A model generated the notes under the pieces. The model worked only from the letters and a program-made list of their open reading frames with translations, did no database searches and was not told where the DNA came from. From an uncultured Nitrososphaeraceae archaeon (GTDB taxonomy: Archaea; Thermoproteota; Nitrososphaeria; Nitrososphaerales; Nitrososphaeraceae): a stretch of DNA of 38,743 nt. The translations under genes were made by a program, and so were the position numbers. The first letter of the stretch is position 1. Each line of letters begins with the position of its first letter. The stretch is taken from the NCBI GenBank assembly GCA_963837175.1, contig CAWIMJ010000048.1, positions 1-38,743 of the forward strand. The letters run 5' to 3'. Positions 38,368-38,743 of this stretch are shown here, piece after piece.

Positions 38368-38743
38368 TAATCATATGTATAATGCTGCCAGGATATAAGT
38401 GGATTCAAATATGCAATGTAAACATATTACATGCCTTTTTTGCAGTAAATGATAAATAAACTATAATTAGGATATTCATAACCTGAACTATTCTTTAAAA
38501 CATGTCATTAAGTGATTTGTAATTAAATATTCATCAGAAATATTCTAAAAGAAGCAAGATGAAACCAGTCCAATGCGATGGGATGTAGATATAATAATAA
38601 TAATCGATTGCTTTCAAATATGATTTTTGATGGATCAAGACGTTGGAATTGATAGATCAAAAAACACAATATCTGGAGTTTATCTACATTATTTAATCGG
38701 ATCTTATAAAGCATAACACAAATTAAAAAGAAAAGAATTAGCG

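Noticed and set aside
38523-38714. 63-aa minus-strand ORF at the window end
   Set aside because: No motifs and composition like AT-rich noise; context truncated.

Overview
AT-rich archaeal chromosomal DNA, most consistent with a soil ammonia-oxidising archaeon of the Nitrososphaeraceae (inferred from archaeal priL-priS, archaeal/eukaryote-type glyS and lineage-typical small protein families). It has three zones. (1) About 1-16.7 kb is an accessory, decaying region: a dead IS6-family element with intact terminal inverted repeats, two F420-type split-barrel oxidoreductases (one a gene-sized GC-rich import), a stand-alone AEP primase fused to a PriX-like domain followed by an iteron/ORB-like repeat cluster and a frameshifted RHH gene (candidate replicon), several broken secreted-protein genes, an EACC1-like remnant, FkbM, FUN14/AbrB, a triple PRC-barrel-like protein, a split patatin and an MFS transporter. 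(2) About 17-29 kb is a core block: MTase, DUF59-PqqD, glyS, priL, priS, GATase, C39-TPR, ThiI-like, GT28 and a receiver domain. (3) About 29-37 kb is a sulfonate-themed segment bounded by two divergently oriented SsuA-like binding-protein genes. They share a 705-bp and a 90-bp near-identical inverted block and a conserved upstream motif, and they enclose a MOSC pseudogene, an alpha/beta hydrolase, a zf-UBP gene and a ComA-HTH fusion. Many single-base frameshifts occur; some may be assembly errors. No rRNA, tRNA or CRISPR array was seen. All family calls come from motif recognition by eye, not from database searches.
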